NCBI GenBank assembly: GCA_965249485.1
Contig: OZ252239.1
Location: 416,001-480,000 of the forward strand
Length of the DNA stretch: 64,000 bases
Origin: a bacterium
GTDB taxonomy: Bacteria > SM23-31
Reading direction: 5' to 3'
In this document: one piece after another, positions 63,431 through 64,000 of the stretch
Layout of the letters: each line of letters starts with the position of its first letter
Position numbering within the stretch: position 1 is the first letter of the stretch
Position numbers and translations under genes: made by a program
The notes under the pieces: model-generated
What the model was told of the DNA's origin: nothing
Database searches by the model: none
The model's input: only the letters and a program-made list of their open reading frames with translations

Positions 63431-63522
63431 TAGATTTTAATTCAGAGATTGATTTAGTTTTAATAATTATAGTTCTATTGATTTTCTTTATACCCGCTGT
63501 AATGTAGGGAGTTTGTAATATA

Positions 63523-64000
63523 ATGAATGATGCCACTACAGTCTGGCTGCCTTCACAAAGTTCCACGATGGCGGGCGAGATTGACACCCTATTGTTTTTT
63601 CTCTATTATATGTCGGTGTTCTTTCTTGCATTAATCGTCGGAATAATTGTTCTTTTTGTTGTCAAATACCGCCGCAAAGGGAAACCCGGATTGACTTCCA
63701 GCATTTCCGGTAACAGGGCTCTGGAGGTACTGTGGACGGCTATTCCGACAATACTCGTTTTGATAATCTTCGGTTGGGGATTCAGAGATTTTCTCCGATT
63801 GCAGATTATCCCCCACGACGCCCTTGAAATACGAGTATCGGGAATAAAATGGTCGTGGAATATGGACTATGCCGAAGGAGCTAATAGTGTCAATGAACTT
63901 GTTGTTCCGGTGAATAGACCAGTCAAATTGCTTATGTCGTCACGGGATGTTATCCACTCATTTTTCATTCCTGCTTTCAGAGTTAAAATGGATGTACTCC
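63523..64000 (+). CDS. coxB: Cytochrome c oxidase subunit II, 3' truncated by the window
   Basis: Read by hand: MNDATTVWLPSQSSTMAGEID...LEVLWTAIP...KWSW...LVVPVNRPVKL..SRDVIHSFFIPAFRVKMDVL. Confidence 0.93.
   Translation, partial: MNDATTVWLPSQSSTMAGEIDTLLFFLYYMSVFFLALIVGIIVLFVVKYRRKGKPGLTSSISGNRALEVLWTAIPTILVLIIFGWGFRDFLRLQIIPHDALEIRVSGIKWSWNMDYAEGANSVNELVVPVNRPVKLLMSSRDVIHSFFIPAFRVKMDVL

Overview
Bacterial chromosomal window, probably from an uncultured heterotroph of mid GC; taxonomy cannot be fixed from the sequence alone. About 50 genes, no rRNA, intact tRNA or CRISPR array seen. From left to right: (1) a TolB-like PD40 propeller and cspA, which is flanked by two diverged ~95-bp direct repeats ending in tRNA-3'-like sequence. 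(2) Three tandem secreted M24-fold paralogs lacking two canonical metal ligands, then alaC. (3) A visibly AT-rich block (~9-24 kb) with a dlt-like operon (MaoC, B12 radical SAM, FkbH, ACP, MBOAT, SGNH/DltD-like) plus methyltransferases, a class III aminotransferase, an epimerase, a deacetylase and a polytopic membrane protein. This is the best candidate for an undescribed envelope-acylation system. (4) Catabolic and exported hydrolase genes (Tat aminotransferase, amidohydrolase, class V aminotransferase-GntP-FAD/FeS oxidoreductase, BNR protein, amidase, M28, two M20, M48). (5) A respiratory cluster ctaB-actABCDEF(G)-sco-coxB, with four identical tandem 407-bp copies of the ctaB promoter and 5' end, and an IS1595-family element between sco and coxB carrying an outward-facing promoter-like motif. 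Eight genes are broken by single-base lesions, mostly in homopolymers, so some or all may be sequencing errors.
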